DNA of 34,459 nucleotides from Octopus bimaculoides (taxonomy: Eukaryota), in the NCBI RefSeq assembly GCF_001194135.2, contig NC_068981.1, forward strand, positions 169,456,897 to 169,491,355, in the 5' to 3' direction. The position numbers and the translations under genes are program-made. Of this stretch, positions 12,005 to 23,997 are shown piece after piece (within the stretch, counting starts at the first letter, position 1; each line of letters opens with the position of its first letter). Under the pieces are notes generated by a model. It saw nothing but the letters and a program-made list of their open reading frames with translations, was not told the DNA's origin and did not search any database.

Positions 12005-12195
12005 GCCCAAAGCCAGTAATTTCGAGGAAGAGATAAGTCGATTACATCGACTCCATTGTTCAAATGGTACTTATTTTATCGACCTCAAAAAATAAAAGGG
12101 AAAAATTGACTGCGGCGGAATTTGAACTCAGAACGTAAAGATAGATGAAATACCGCTAATCATTTAGTTCGGCGTGCTAACGTTTCTGCCAAGCA
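12005..12195 (-). mobile_element. tRNA-derived SINE family A copy
   Basis: Minus strand GGCAGAAACGTTAGCACGCC..GTTCTGAGTTCAAATTCCGCCGCAGTC..GTCGATAAAATAAGTACC, homologous to 19673-20012 and 20834-21050. Confidence 0.8.
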
Positions 12196-12733
12196 ATAAG
12201 TTTGATGGCGTTCATGTAAGATAAATAACGTGAAATATTAGTTATGGTAGAATAAGTAGCTTCAAAATAACTTTTGTTAGCAATTGTAATATTCAATGGT
12301 TGTGGGAATATTTTGGAAATAAATGAAAGTATATTTTCGCCACAGGTGTAGAAATTTGGTTCAAGGAAATATTTCTTTTTCTATTCCTGTGGTGTCGTGT
12401 GATATTGAATTTTACTTATCGGATGCATTCCAAATATCCATCATACACAAACGCATCGTTGTAGATCGTAACATAATCTGTGAAGAATAATCTTTAGAAC
12501 AGGAGCTGATAAGTTAAAGAGATAATTTAATATGTTGTTTGGGTTGCTTGAAAATCTCTGTATGTAATAAAGGAATCCGATGTCTTTCCGTTAAGGAAGA
12601 TTAAGAATTGCTGAGAAAGTCGATATTCTTACAGTTATATTCCGCTGTTATTTTTCAAACAAATATCACAATATACTTGGAAATAACCAATGAGAATATT
12701 TTTTTGAGATGCCCCACTTTCATTACATACACG

Positions 12734-12774
<41 letters not shown>

Positions 12775-12789
12775 AATGCTGTTTATATT

Positions 12790-13145
12790 CCTGAGAACTT
12801 TCTGGCCCAATCTATTGTCTCAGTTTTCAAAAAGGAAAACAAGTCCCTTGCAGGGAACTACCGACCGATCTTGCTCACCTCTGATATCATCAAGGTATTT
12901 GAGAGGGTGGTGAGATCACGGATAACCCACTTTCTTGAAAGCAACAGACCAACATCGGTTCCGTAATGGAAGGAACTGCCTAACGCAGCTCCTTCATCAC
13001 CTTGATGACATTTTGAGAGATTTGGGAGAGGGCTCGAATACTGATGTCATCTACCTTGATTTCAGCAAGCATTTTGACAAAGTGGATCATTAGTTCCCCT
13101 TGAAAGAACAATCCAACTTTGGCGTCTCAGGAAATTTGCAAAAAT
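12790..13145 (+). mobile_element. CR1-group LINE reverse transcriptase fragment (N-terminal RT motifs), disrupted
   Basis: VFKKENKSLAGNYRPILLTSDIIKVFERVV, frameshift, then QHRFRNGRNCLTQLL..DVIYLDFSKHFDKVDH*; typical RT motifs 0-3. Confidence 0.88.
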
Positions 13146-13177
13146 ACTCATTTTTGTCACCTGAGTGTACAGGTACA

Positions 13178-13700
13178 AACGAAATGTTTTGCTCAAGAAC
13201 ACAATGCATCACCGCATCCCTGAATCGAAACAACAATTTTCTTTTTTATCGACCCCGAAAGGTTGGTAGACAAAGTGGATCTCGCCGGTGTTTGATGTTG
13301 TTAAAGTAATAATAACAATTGTTTCTAATATAGCCTAAAACTTGAAATTTAGAGAAAGCGAAGGATTGGTGTCGACTGTAGTGCTTGGCGAGTTCTTTAT
13401 TTTATCCTAAAAAGGTTGAAAGGCAAAAGATTTAATTGCAAAGCCCAGGAAGATGCAAAACATTTTGTACAACGATCTAACGACTTTGACTGTATGATGT
13501 AGAAACAAGTATCTCTACTTTAAGCACAAGGTTAGTGATTTTTAAGTGAAGATGGTTAAGCAATTATATTGATCGTAGTACTGGTCTGGCCTCTTATTTT
13601 CTCGACTCCGAAAGCATGAAAAACAGATTCGATACCGGTAGGGTTTGAACTCGAAACGTATAGCAACGTAAGAAAGTACCAATCCTGGAAAATATTCACA
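13178..13700 (-). mobile_element. Cluster of SINE fragments (SINE-B piece 13178-13232; SINE-A pieces ~13245-13290, ~13330-13500, ~13565-13700)
   Basis: TTGCTCAAGAACAC motif shared with 32260-32280; TTTATCGACCCCGAAAG and TTTGAACTC motifs shared with SINE-A copies. Confidence 0.55.
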
Positions 13701-14759
13701 ACGACGAAAATAAATTCAAGTAAATGAAGTCTACTAGCTTGAAGTATCAAACGAGTTGTGAATGTGTCAATTAGTATTAGGTTTGCCGTCTGTTTTTAAT
13801 ACTAATGTCTACGCACTTGAGTTATGATGGGTGAGGCGTAGATTGTTCGTTTGAAGATCTTTATCATCATGAAACAGCCCGTCACTAGGTATATGATACT
13901 GTGCTATTGAGAGATATATTACATAAGAACATATAAGCAATGATACCGAGGAGTGGTCGTTAAATGAGTTTAGATCGTTCTTTCCTCGACTCTTTTGTAT
14001 CCCGTCATGCAAATGCAAACACTCACATCGAAAAACAGAAACACATCTATATGTACATCATCTTCAGAGGCTACACGGAACACCTGCTCCCCCACTCTCT
14101 CAATCTCTGTGCGTACATATATGTGTATGCACGCGTGTGTGCGTGTGTGTTTGTGTGTGTGTGTGTGTGCCCACGCGCAGATCTAATATAGATAGCTTTC
14201 ATAATCAAAGAGTGTCTACGTTAATACTGCTTATCTATGTACTTGTTGCTCTTTCTCTGACAATGGCTTAATTGCATCTACCAGCAAATGAATATATCAA
14301 GTTTGTTTATGTCGTTAATCGGTGCTTCAGCATGGTCTTATCCGTAATGAGTTAAAGTAAAATGAAGAACTAATATACAATCACGAAACTTAAAGTTAGT
14401 ATATTATTTTACAGTTATGAGTACCATTTTCCAAACTACGTGGTTGGTAGCCCACGGCATATGCAGAGCGTCCAACGAACAAATCAAATGGATAGCAGAA
14501 TAAATAAAGTGTGCGAAATAATCCATGGTTGTGTGTCAAATTTATAGCTGAAGAGATAAAGTATGTGGAAAAAATAGCAATATTTACGTATTGCTGCTTA
14601 GACACAGTTCAAACGCGAATAGCTGAAGTGGGAAGTGAAATCAACGAGATTTAGACACGGAAATTAACGTGCCGGAAAATAGCTAGTGACCTCCACGTAA
14701 TCGACTACATGCGTGACTTTAGCGTCTCAGTGCGACTGATATTTCGGCAAATGAAATGA

Positions 14760-14933
14760 ATAACATAATAATAATAATAATAATCCTTTCTACTATCGGC
14801 CTGAAACTTAAGGGGAGGGGGCCAGTCGATTATATCGACTCTAGTACGCACCTGGTACTTAATTTATCGACCCCGAGAGAAATGAAAGGCAAAGCCGTCC
14901 TCGACGGGCGAAAAACTGCTAAGCATTTAGCCC
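14760..14933 (-). mobile_element. SINE-A copy with (ATT)n tail
   Basis: CTTTGCCTTTCAT..TCGGGGTCGATAAATTAAGTACCAGG..AGTAGAAAGGATT(ATT)n on the minus strand; same tail as 20000-20035. Confidence 0.75.
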
Positions 14934-15119
14934 CTAGCTCGCCTTGTGTATGTGTTTCAGTGTAGATATGTGTACATTGAGTAAAGAGAATAAATGGAAG
15001 TAACCAGAGAACGCTCTGATTTTTAGATGTATTTCAATGTCTTTCTTCTTGAATTCAAATCTAGGAAGAGTCTATTAACAAATATTTAGTCGTGTTGCCG
15101 TTATTGCTATTGATCCTGT

Positions 15120-15315
15120 GTTTGTTGTTGTTGCTTAATCCATGTTACCTCTTGCCGTGAAGAGCTTTGATTAGTGCTATTTCATACAATGGCACCCCAT
15201 TCTTTGTTAATAACTAGATCCACATTATATGTACCTAAGTCTACTCTACCCAATGCAACCCTACTTTAAAATGGGCTGTGATTTGTTAGAATTTGGGTGT
15301 TATTTCTACCAGCTT
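15120..15315 (-). mobile_element. Repeat family D copy with (AAC)n tail (others ~11088-11280 minus, ~11375-11460, ~15905-15962, ~16090-16170 plus)
   Basis: A recurrent AGAAATA(G/A)CA(G/A)C(C/T)AA motif on either strand at five or more sites, with co-linear flanks in 11088-11280 and 15120-15315. Confidence 0.55.
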
Positions 15316-16232
15316 TAACGATCGTTTAATTGTTCCTGTGTTGGCAAGCTGGTTAGTTGATTGGTTGGCTGGTTGTTATAAATAAAATAGTTAGACGTTT
15401 GCAGTATAAGAACTTTCACATCACCGTTTCTATCTCCAGTATATAAATCAGTCCTTATTTCTATTTCAAAATACGAAACGGAATAAAATCGACAATGAAT
15501 AAATGACCAAAAGAAAAAAAATATAATAAAATAAAATTGAAGTGAAAAAGATTCTTCTGGTATTGACATCTAGTTGAAGGGAAGAATAACTGAATAAAAA
15601 TATCAAATAAGTAATACATACATACACACACACATACATACATACATACATACATACATAATTCTCAATACATCATCTCAGTGATATAACAATTTTGAGG
15701 CGTGAAATAGGCATTCGACAGATTACAAATAGCAGCTAAATCTCCTGCAAAACACACCTTTGTTTTTAAAACAACGAGGAACCATAGCGGATATCTTCCT
15801 GCGACTATTACCGGAATGGCAATAACCGGAACGCCATCCACAAAAGGAAAAAGCAATTTATATGATATCTCTGATATGGTATACAAAGGCATATACATGA
15901 TTATTTGGCCAGCAAGAAATAACAACCAACTACCTCTTAGATCATACGCTACCGTCATAAACAGAGCATTATTCATTATACAGCTCTATATATAATGTCT
16001 GACGAGATGGCTGCAAGTAGAACGCCTTTAATTTTATATCTACTCAGTCAATGTTGACACTGAATTAACCAAAAGCAACAGCAATTGATTAGAGAGTACC
16101 TACGTGGTAACTCGACCAGCTAGAAATAGCAGACAGATCAGACTATTCTTAAAGAAATAGGAAGCACTTATTACCTATTTTCTGGGAAATAAATTGGAAT
16201 GGTTATGATTTTAAATATCTTGATATTGTTTA

Positions 16233-16473
16233 TCTACATTTGACGGATATTCGTCCTCATCTTGTTTGTTGTTAACACAACGTTTCGGCTGATATACCCT
16301 CCAGCCTTCGTCAGGTGTCTTGGGGAAATTTCGAACCTGGGTTCTCATTCCTATCGATGTTACTATTATTATTATTATTATTATTATTATATTATTATTA
16401 TTATTATTATTAATCAGGTCGCTGCCGTGAATCGAACTCGGAACCTTGGGGTTAGTAGCCCGCGCTCTTAACC
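16233..16473 (-). mobile_element. Left arm of composite element: tRNA-like head + (AAT)n + hammerhead-bearing segment
   Basis: Minus strand reads GGTTAAGAGCG..GAGTTCGATTC (B box 16429-16439)..GACCTGATT(AAT)n..CTGACGAAGGCTG..CAGCCGAAACGTTGTGTT. It is the reverse complement of 16539-16724 apart from AAT copy number. Confidence 0.85.
16274..16319 (-). ncRNA. Minimal type I hammerhead ribozyme motif, identical inverted copy
   Basis: Exact reverse complement of 16634-16679. Confidence 0.8.
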
Positions 16474-16538
16474 NNNNNNNNNNNNNNNNNNNNNNNNNNN
16501 NNNNNNNNNNNNNNNNNNNNNNNNNNNNNNNNNNNNNN

Positions 16539-16769
16539 GGCAGCGACCTGATTAATAATAATAATAATAATATAATAATAATAATAATAGTAACATCGAT
16601 AGGAATGAGAACCCAGGTTCGAAATTTCCCCAAGACACCTGACGAAGGCTGGAGGGTATATCAGCCGAAACGTTGTGTTAACAACAAACAAGATGAGGAC
16701 GAATATCCGTCAAATGTAGATAATGTAAATAATGTAAATAATTCCTCATCTCTTAAATATAGAACTGTA
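16539..16769 (+). mobile_element. Right arm of composite element, with a longer 3' end (head hidden in gap)
   Basis: GGCAGCGACCTGATT(AAT)n..hammerhead..(AATGTARAT)x3..CTCTTAAATATAGAACTGTA, followed by the second copy of the direct repeat TTGATATTGTTTA (16770-16782). Confidence 0.85.
16634..16679 (+). ncRNA. Minimal type I hammerhead ribozyme motif (Penelope/retrozyme type)
   Basis: Stem I GACAC/GUGUU; core CUGACGA plus an extra A; stem II GGCUG/CAGCC with 10-nt loop; GAAA; palindromic stem III ACGU; predicted GUU cleavage after 16674. Confidence 0.8.
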
Positions 16770-16892
16770 TTGATATTGTTTACCCCATGTGAGCTCACTT
16801 TGTGAGCTAAACAAAAACAAAAACTCTACACGCTCGTAAGGCTGCGACGAATCTAGCATATCGGCTTGCACAAAACAAAAAAAACAGAATCA

Positions 16893-17040
16893 ACAGGCAT
16901 GGCTGTATAAGTATACGTGTGACACAGGTGTAGCATGATTAGTTCCTCTGTGTGAGAGCAGGTGTCTAAAATAACCTCAGACCGACCAAAGTCTTGTAAA
17001 TGGATTTGATAGACGGAAACTGAAAGAAGACCGTTGTATT
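16893..17040 (+). mobile_element. SINE family C head fragment (related pieces at ~10944-11080, ~18600-18985, ~27105-27205)
   Basis: CAGGCATGGCTGT..CCTCAGACCGACCAAAGTCTTGT..TGGATTTG.TAGACGGAAACTG motif; weaker matches at the other sites. Linking head, body and tail partly relies on a recalled consensus. Confidence 0.55.
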
Positions 17041-17918
17041 CTAAATGACTTGAGTACTCGTCTTGCCTTGTTTTTTGTTGGCGTTTTTCATCTAATATAT
17101 ATATATATATANNNNNNNNNNNNNNNNNNNNNNNNNNNNNNNNNNNNNNNNNNNNNNNNNNNNNNNNNNNNNNNNNNNNNNNNNNNNNNNNNNNNNNNNN
17201 NNNNNNNNNNNNNNNNNNNNNNNNNNNNNNNNNNNNNNNNNNNNNNNNNNNNNNNNNNNNNNNNNNNNNNNNNNNNNNNNNNNNNNNNNNNNNNNNNNNN
17301 NNNNNNNNNNNNNNNNNNNNNNNNNNNNNNNNNNNNNNNNNNNNNNNNNNNNNNNNNNNNNNNNNNNNNNNNNNNNNNNNNNNNNNNNNNNNNNNNNNNN
17401 NNNNNNNNNNNNNNNNNNNNNNNNNNNNNNNNNNNNNNNNNNNNNNNNNNNNNNNNNNNNNNNNNNNNNNNNNNNNNNNNNNNNNNNNNNNNNNNNNNNN
17501 NNNNNNNNNNNNNNNNNNNNNNNNNNNNNNNNNNNNNNNNNNNNNNNNNNNNNNNNNNNNNNNNNNNNNNNNNNNNNNNNNNNNNNNNNNNNNNNNNNNN
17601 NNNNNNNNNNNNNNNNNNNNNNNNNNNNNNNNNNNNNNNNNNNNNNNNNNNNNNNNNNNNNNNNNNNNNNNNNNNNNNNNNNNNNNNNNNNNNNNNNNNN
17701 NNNNNNNNNNNNNNNNNNNNNNNNNNNNNNNNNNNNNNNNNNNNNNNNNNNNNNNNNNNNNNNNNNNNNNNNNNNNNNNNNNNNNNNNNNNNNNNNNNNN
17801 NNNNNNNNNNNNNNNNNNNNNNNNNNNNNNNNNNNNNNNNNNNNNNNNNNNNNNNNNNNNNNNNNNNNNNNNNNNNNNNNNNNNNNNNNNNNNNNNNNNN
17901 NNNTATATATATATATAT

Positions 17919-18104
17919 GGAGAATTCACACAAAAAAACAACAGACGAAGACGGGTGGTGTAGAAAACAGACATATGTATTAGTATAACACTCGGGAATT
18001 GAAAAAGTCTTTAACGTTTCGAGCCTACGCTCGAGAAAGAAACACAGAAAGAAACAAGGAGAGAAACACGGAGAGAAGCAAAAATCTGTGCAGTGGTTAG
18101 CGAT
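17919..18104 (-). mobile_element. Second copy of the same pLTR-like repeat; hammerhead core deleted
   Basis: Co-linear with 22325-22520. Retains GAGC-GUAG-GCUC-GAAA-CGUU-AAAGA but reads UCUUU-CUC where the other copy has CUGUUGAA. Confidence 0.65.
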
Positions 18105-18835
18105 AGATATAGATATAGATATAGATATAGATATCTAAAGCGGTTCTCCAGCATTGCCTCATTGAAATGACTAACAAGTAAGAGAATAAAAGAATATACA
18201 TACAGACATATATATATATATGAATGAGCGCGCAACATAACCGTTGGTAGATAAACATTCATTATTAATGGGATAAGGCTACCAATGTTTTAATGCTAAC
18301 AGTTATCAAACCTTTCACATGGAACATTGGTGTTTATTTCCATCTTGGATTAAAACACTTATTTTAATCCAGTGTTAATAATTCGCTTAGGCATTGCGAT
18401 GCTAATAATCTGGTGTCACTTAGACAATGTAATGCCAATAACGTGGTGTTATATACTTATACTTCTGTAGGAAGCGTCAGTCGAGTAGACGGCGGTAAAA
18501 TATTTTCAGAGTCAATATCCATTGACAAGGTTACAAAAGCAACGAAAATTTCTGGAGTACACAATAAAATAAATAATAAATGAATTAAAATTGAACCGAT
18601 GAGTATGTTAGGTATCAAGGTAGTATGACTCTCCCCAGACAAAACACAATTTGTTTCAAGACACGAATTCACATAAAGAATCTTGCAAACGAGATACAAA
18701 ACCGAAGTATATATATGTTTGTTTTTGTCTCCCAACCACCGCTCCACAACAGGTGTTGTTTTGTTTACGTCCAAGTAACACTGTGGTTCGACAAAAGGGA
18801 CGATAGGATGAATAATAATAATAATAATAATAATG

Positions 18836-18889
<54 letters not shown>

Positions 18890-19398
18890 TGTGCTATATT
18901 CGATTTATTCAACTAAACTCTTCACGTCGGTATTATAACGTGGCCACAATCCAATGACTGAAACTAGTAAAAGTAAAACAATGCAAACCAGTTTGTTCTA
19001 GATCCACTCCGTTACAGAGCGACGGAACAATAAGTATGGTTGCCTCAATCGATTCCATTAAGTTTCGAGTTCTAAAACATTCATTGCCAATGTTTAATAA
19101 TTTGTCTCAAAACACCTAATCCTTTTTGTTTGCTGTTGCTCAAAATTAATTGTTTTAATTCTGACAATTATTTATCAATAACACATATATACTATTTTAT
19201 TACTATTTTTGAGCGAATATTTTCGGTCAATTTTCCAGAGAGGACATCTGATCGATTTTATCGATCTAGTAGTGATATTGATTTCTACTTGACTAGACAA
19301 ATGTAGACAGCATCTAAAACGAGGTCATTCCGCTGATTTGTACAGATCACTTGCCAGTATCTTAAAACCAGTGGCTCACCAGACCAATTTCCCAATTG

Positions 19399-20242
<844 letters not shown>

Positions 20243-20599
20243 TTGCCTTTGCACAGCTTCTAACGCTTGAGATGTACTACGGTGTCAGCTGTCCACTGCG
20301 AGTGAACTAAGGTAACACCCCTTATTTTTCAGCGCATTCTGGAGTGTTCGAGGGGTTCGAAGCAGTGGTATTTTCTGCAAGTGCTCCACCCTTATTGCAG
20401 CCCCTGCTTGCTCCACGTACTTCTCAAGATTTTCGCTCACTGTTCCCAGGGCTCCGAAAATTATGGTTACTACTGCCACTTTTTTCATCGACCTCAACTG
20501 CTTAATCTCCCAAGCTAACCTGTCATATCTATCGACTTTTCTTTCTTCCTTATCGCATACCTTGTTATCAGCTAGCCATGTTATATATATGATCCAGCA
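20243..20599 (-). mobile_element. R4/Dong-clade non-LTR retrotransposon 3' end (restriction-like endonuclease C-terminus), 5'-truncated
   Basis: Minus-strand translation extending ORF 20285-20497 upstream: CWIIYITWLADNKVCDKEERKVDRYDRLAWEIKQLRSMKKVAVVTIIFGALGTV..LEKY...IEHLQK-like..LLRTPRTL, matching the REL tail K-x-x-(K/R)-Y-x-x-L-x-x-E-I..V-x-P-x-x-x-GALG..LQK..LLGT. (AAT)n on both sides. Confidence 0.8.
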
Positions 20600-20619
20600 T
20601 ATTATTATTATTATTATTA

Positions 20620-21060
20620 AGGGGCCGAGCCGACAGAATATTTAGCACACTGGATAAACAGATTTTCAGCACCTCGTCGGTTTAAATTCAAATTCTTGCG
20701 TGGTCAACTTTACCTTTCATTGTTCCGGAGTCGATGAAATAAGAACCACACGAACAATGGGAGCGAGGTAATTGGTTTATCTCCTACCTTAGAATCGCTG
20801 ATCTTCTCATAAAATTTCATACCATTGCTTTCCAAGGTGGCGTGCTGTCAGAAGCGTTAGCAGCGCGGGCAAAATGCTTTGCGGCAGTTTGCCCGCCTTT
20901 ACAATCTGACTTCAAATTCCGCCGAGGTCGACTTTGCATTTCATTTCCAGAAACTGATAAAGTAAGTACCAATTAAGCACTAGGCTGGTTGTAACCAGCT
21001 TATCTCCTCCACCGGAATTTGCTGGCCTTGTGCTAAGATTTGAAATCATTATCATTATTG
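20620..21060 (+). mobile_element. Two tandem SINE-A copies (20620-20826, 20834-21050)
   Basis: Repeated head plus TTCAAATTC..G.GGTC.ACTTT.C.TTTCAT..GATAAA.TAAG.ACC core. Confidence 0.75.
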
Positions 21061-21254
21061 TTTTTGCTACCGTATTACTATTGCTGTTTTTGCCGTTGTC
21101 GAACGCGGGAAGATTGAATATAAAATAAATTATCAGTGCAATTCAAAACGAACAGGTTTCTGGAGATACGATAGTATTTTATTTTCCTATAATAATCAAA
21201 AATATTTCCCTGCTTCAGCACACACACACACACACACAGACACACACACACACA

Positions 21255-21326
<72 letters not shown>

Positions 21327-21863
21327 GAAAAAGTTGCAGGAAACAGTAACAGCAGATTGAATAGGCTCATGTTGATCACTCTATTCAACAGCGATGCCTG
21401 TTGAGGTCATTGACAGAATGTATAAAGGCAGCTAAGTACGATACATTTTTGGTCATCACCACCAACACTTACTATACAATATATCAACAACGGATGTATC
21501 TATGCATTTATTCATATATTGTGTTTTACAAATAGTTTTCGTGTAAGTGAAATGAAGTCATAAAACAATGCTATATTCAAAGAAGCCGTACAAGTAGATA
21601 ATAGTGTGAAGTCAGTTATCGGCTGCGCAACGTTGAATTGGTTGTAAAACGGAATTTATGAAAAAAATATTTTCACTTTTATATAGTATTCATAAAACAA
21701 TTATATAAATATCAGTTCCAGACAAACTCCTTTTGTCTGTCTGTCTGCCTTTCCATCGATATCTCACTCACTATCATATGTGTGTGTATGCGTGTACTAC
21801 AGAGAACAAGTGAAATAGAAGCGTGTTGATTGAACCGAATGTGATATAATAGTTTTCTGAGCG

Positions 21864-21920
<57 letters not shown>

Positions 21921-22324
21921 NNNNNNNNNNNNNNNNNNNNNNNNNNNNNNNNNNNNNNNNNNNNNNNNNNNNNNNNNNNNNNNNNNNNNNNNNNNNNNNN
22001 NNNNNNNNNNNNNNNNNNNNNNNNNNNNNNNNNNNNNNNNNNNNNNNNNNNNNNNNNNNNNNNNNNNNNNNNNNNNNNNNNNNNNNNNNNNNNNNNNNNN
22101 NNNNNNNNNNNNNNNNNNNNNNNNNNNNNNNNNNNNNNNNNNNNNNNNNNNNNNNNNNNNNNNNNNNNNNNNNNNNNNNNNNNNNNNNNNNNNNNNNNNN
22201 NNNNNNNNNNNNNNNNNNNNNNNNNNNNNNNNNNNNNNNNNNNNNNNNNNNNNNNNNNNNNNNNNNNNNNNNNNNNNNNNNNNNNNNNNNNNNNNNNNNN
22301 NNNNNNNNNNNTATATATATACAT

Positions 22325-22520
22325 GGGAGAATATACAAAAAATAACAACAGACGAGGACAGGTGGTGTAAATAACAAAAGTATATATTAGTATGACGCTC
22401 GGGAATACGGAAAGTCTTTGACGTTTCGAGCTACGCTCTTCAACAGAAAGAATACGGAGACAAGGAGAAAAACACGGAGAAAAAAATTGAATAGTGTTCA
22501 GTCAACGGTCAATCATAACA
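22325..22520 (-). mobile_element. Penelope pLTR-like repeat with hammerhead-like motif (22415-22451), 3' end abutting (TA)n
   Basis: Minus strand: UCUUU CUGUUGA A GAGC GUA GCUC GAAA CGUC AAAGA. A homologous copy lies at 17919-18104. Confidence 0.65.
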
Positions 22521-22529
22521 GATAGATAA

Positions 22530-22596
<67 letters not shown>
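22520..22596. repeat. (GATA)n tetranucleotide repeat
   Basis: Direct reading. Confidence 0.97.
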
Positions 22597-22600
<4 letters not shown>

Positions 22601-23914
22601 CCCCGTACAACTTAAAATTGACTGATACGTCGGGCTCAGGCAAAAGGAAGGTGGAAGTCCAAGATAGCTAGTGGAAGCTTGGCTACTATGTTGAATATAG
22701 CATTGAAAATATCAGCGACGTTAAATATATCAAAATAAAGAAAAACAGAATTGACTAAACAGAAGATGAGGAAACAGGTGGGACGGAGAGTCGCTGAAGA
22801 GGTCATAGGACGAAAGATTTTCAGACAAAGTACAAAATAAGAACAATAATGAATTGTCATGAACGAATAAACAGTGCCTGTGTTTATTTGTTACAAAAAA
22901 TAAATGACCGTCCCGAAATATAACAATAAAATAGAGATCCGTATTTTTTAAGTCTTGGACAGCCTGGCTGGAAAGGAAGTTGGTGGCATCTCTTAGTCTG
23001 GCGGACATGAATAGCGTCTCGCTGTCTATTATATGTAAGAAACCGAAGCGACATTGACTAGATGAGAAAGAAATTCACAACATTATCGCAAAAAAGTAGA
23101 GACAACCGAAGCGGAAATTGTTGCTAGCAACTTGGCATAATCGGAATACTTAAAAAATTGTGTATGCCCTTTGATAATTATAAATATTAGAAATAAAAGA
23201 AAAACCTTCATGCAATTCCAATCAGGTTTTCAAACATATTCCCGTGATCTTGAAATTTGAATTCCACGTTGCTTGAATCTACTCTCGGCATGTGGGCCAC
23301 TGAATAATTCAATACTCAAATTTATATCAGCTAGTGAATTATTTATCAACTGAAATTAAAAAAAAAAGTACTTTTTTCGTTTCAGTAGAATATATCTTTC
23401 CGATTTATTGCGGGGACAGATGGGCAAGGGGTAAGTTCGGTATTAAATTTACTGTACAATATGTATAATGTGAACTAAGTAAACCAGTGTCATTTTTCCC
23501 AAAGAGAGCATTATTTGCATTTTACCGAAATCACGTGCGCGCATGATACATGCATACATAGTGTGTACATATGTATTTAAATGCATACGAGCACATGCAA
23601 ATATATGTATGTATGCATACTTTCAAGATACGCACAGATAGAAACAAATATATACTTTTCCCTAAAGAGGATGCTGGGAGACAAATCATCAGAACACAAA
23701 GATTGATAAGCCCGTATTCTCAAATTGGTACAATATTTTTTGTCACTGTTCTCAAGGAATGCAGGTCAATGTTTTGCTGTGCCTATCTTATTACTTCTGT
23801 CTCGTCTTGAGCTCTGAACACACGGTGTAATAGTGGGATCGGCGAGGTGACGTACCTGACGTTTAAACCTGGCAGAAAGTACCGAAGCAGATTTCTTCCC
23901 AACAAATAAATAGC

Positions 23915-23997
<83 letters not shown>

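Noticed and set aside
14400-14545. Acceptor TTTTACAG followed by open frame YEYHFPNYVVGSPRH..
   Set aside because: No convincing donor or homology.
15665-15976. Hydrophobic 103-aa ORF resembling a membrane protein
   Set aside because: Overlaps repeat family D motifs, the antisense frame is also open, and there is no recognisable domain or splice context.
16412-16473. Functional tRNA gene
   Set aside because: Anticodon stem is imperfect, there is no 3' acceptor strand, and it runs into (AAT)n; treated as a SINE head. The same applies to the SINE-B heads.
16233-16724. Inverted duplication as a pure gap-flank assembly artefact
   Set aside because: A flanking 13-bp direct repeat and unequal arm ends favour a real insertion, though long reads are still needed.
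16853-17988. Long ORFs of 280-373 aa (also 21712-22377 and 30726-31670)
   Set aside because: They consist mostly of X from assembly gaps.
18346-18371. Short hairpins (also 27815-27839, 16793-16810)
   Set aside because: 7-10 bp arms are expected by chance in AT-rich 34-kb sequence.
22794-22826. Hammerhead-like CUGAAGA-G-GUC/GAC-GAAA motif
   Set aside because: Stem I and stem III do not form in register; probably chance.
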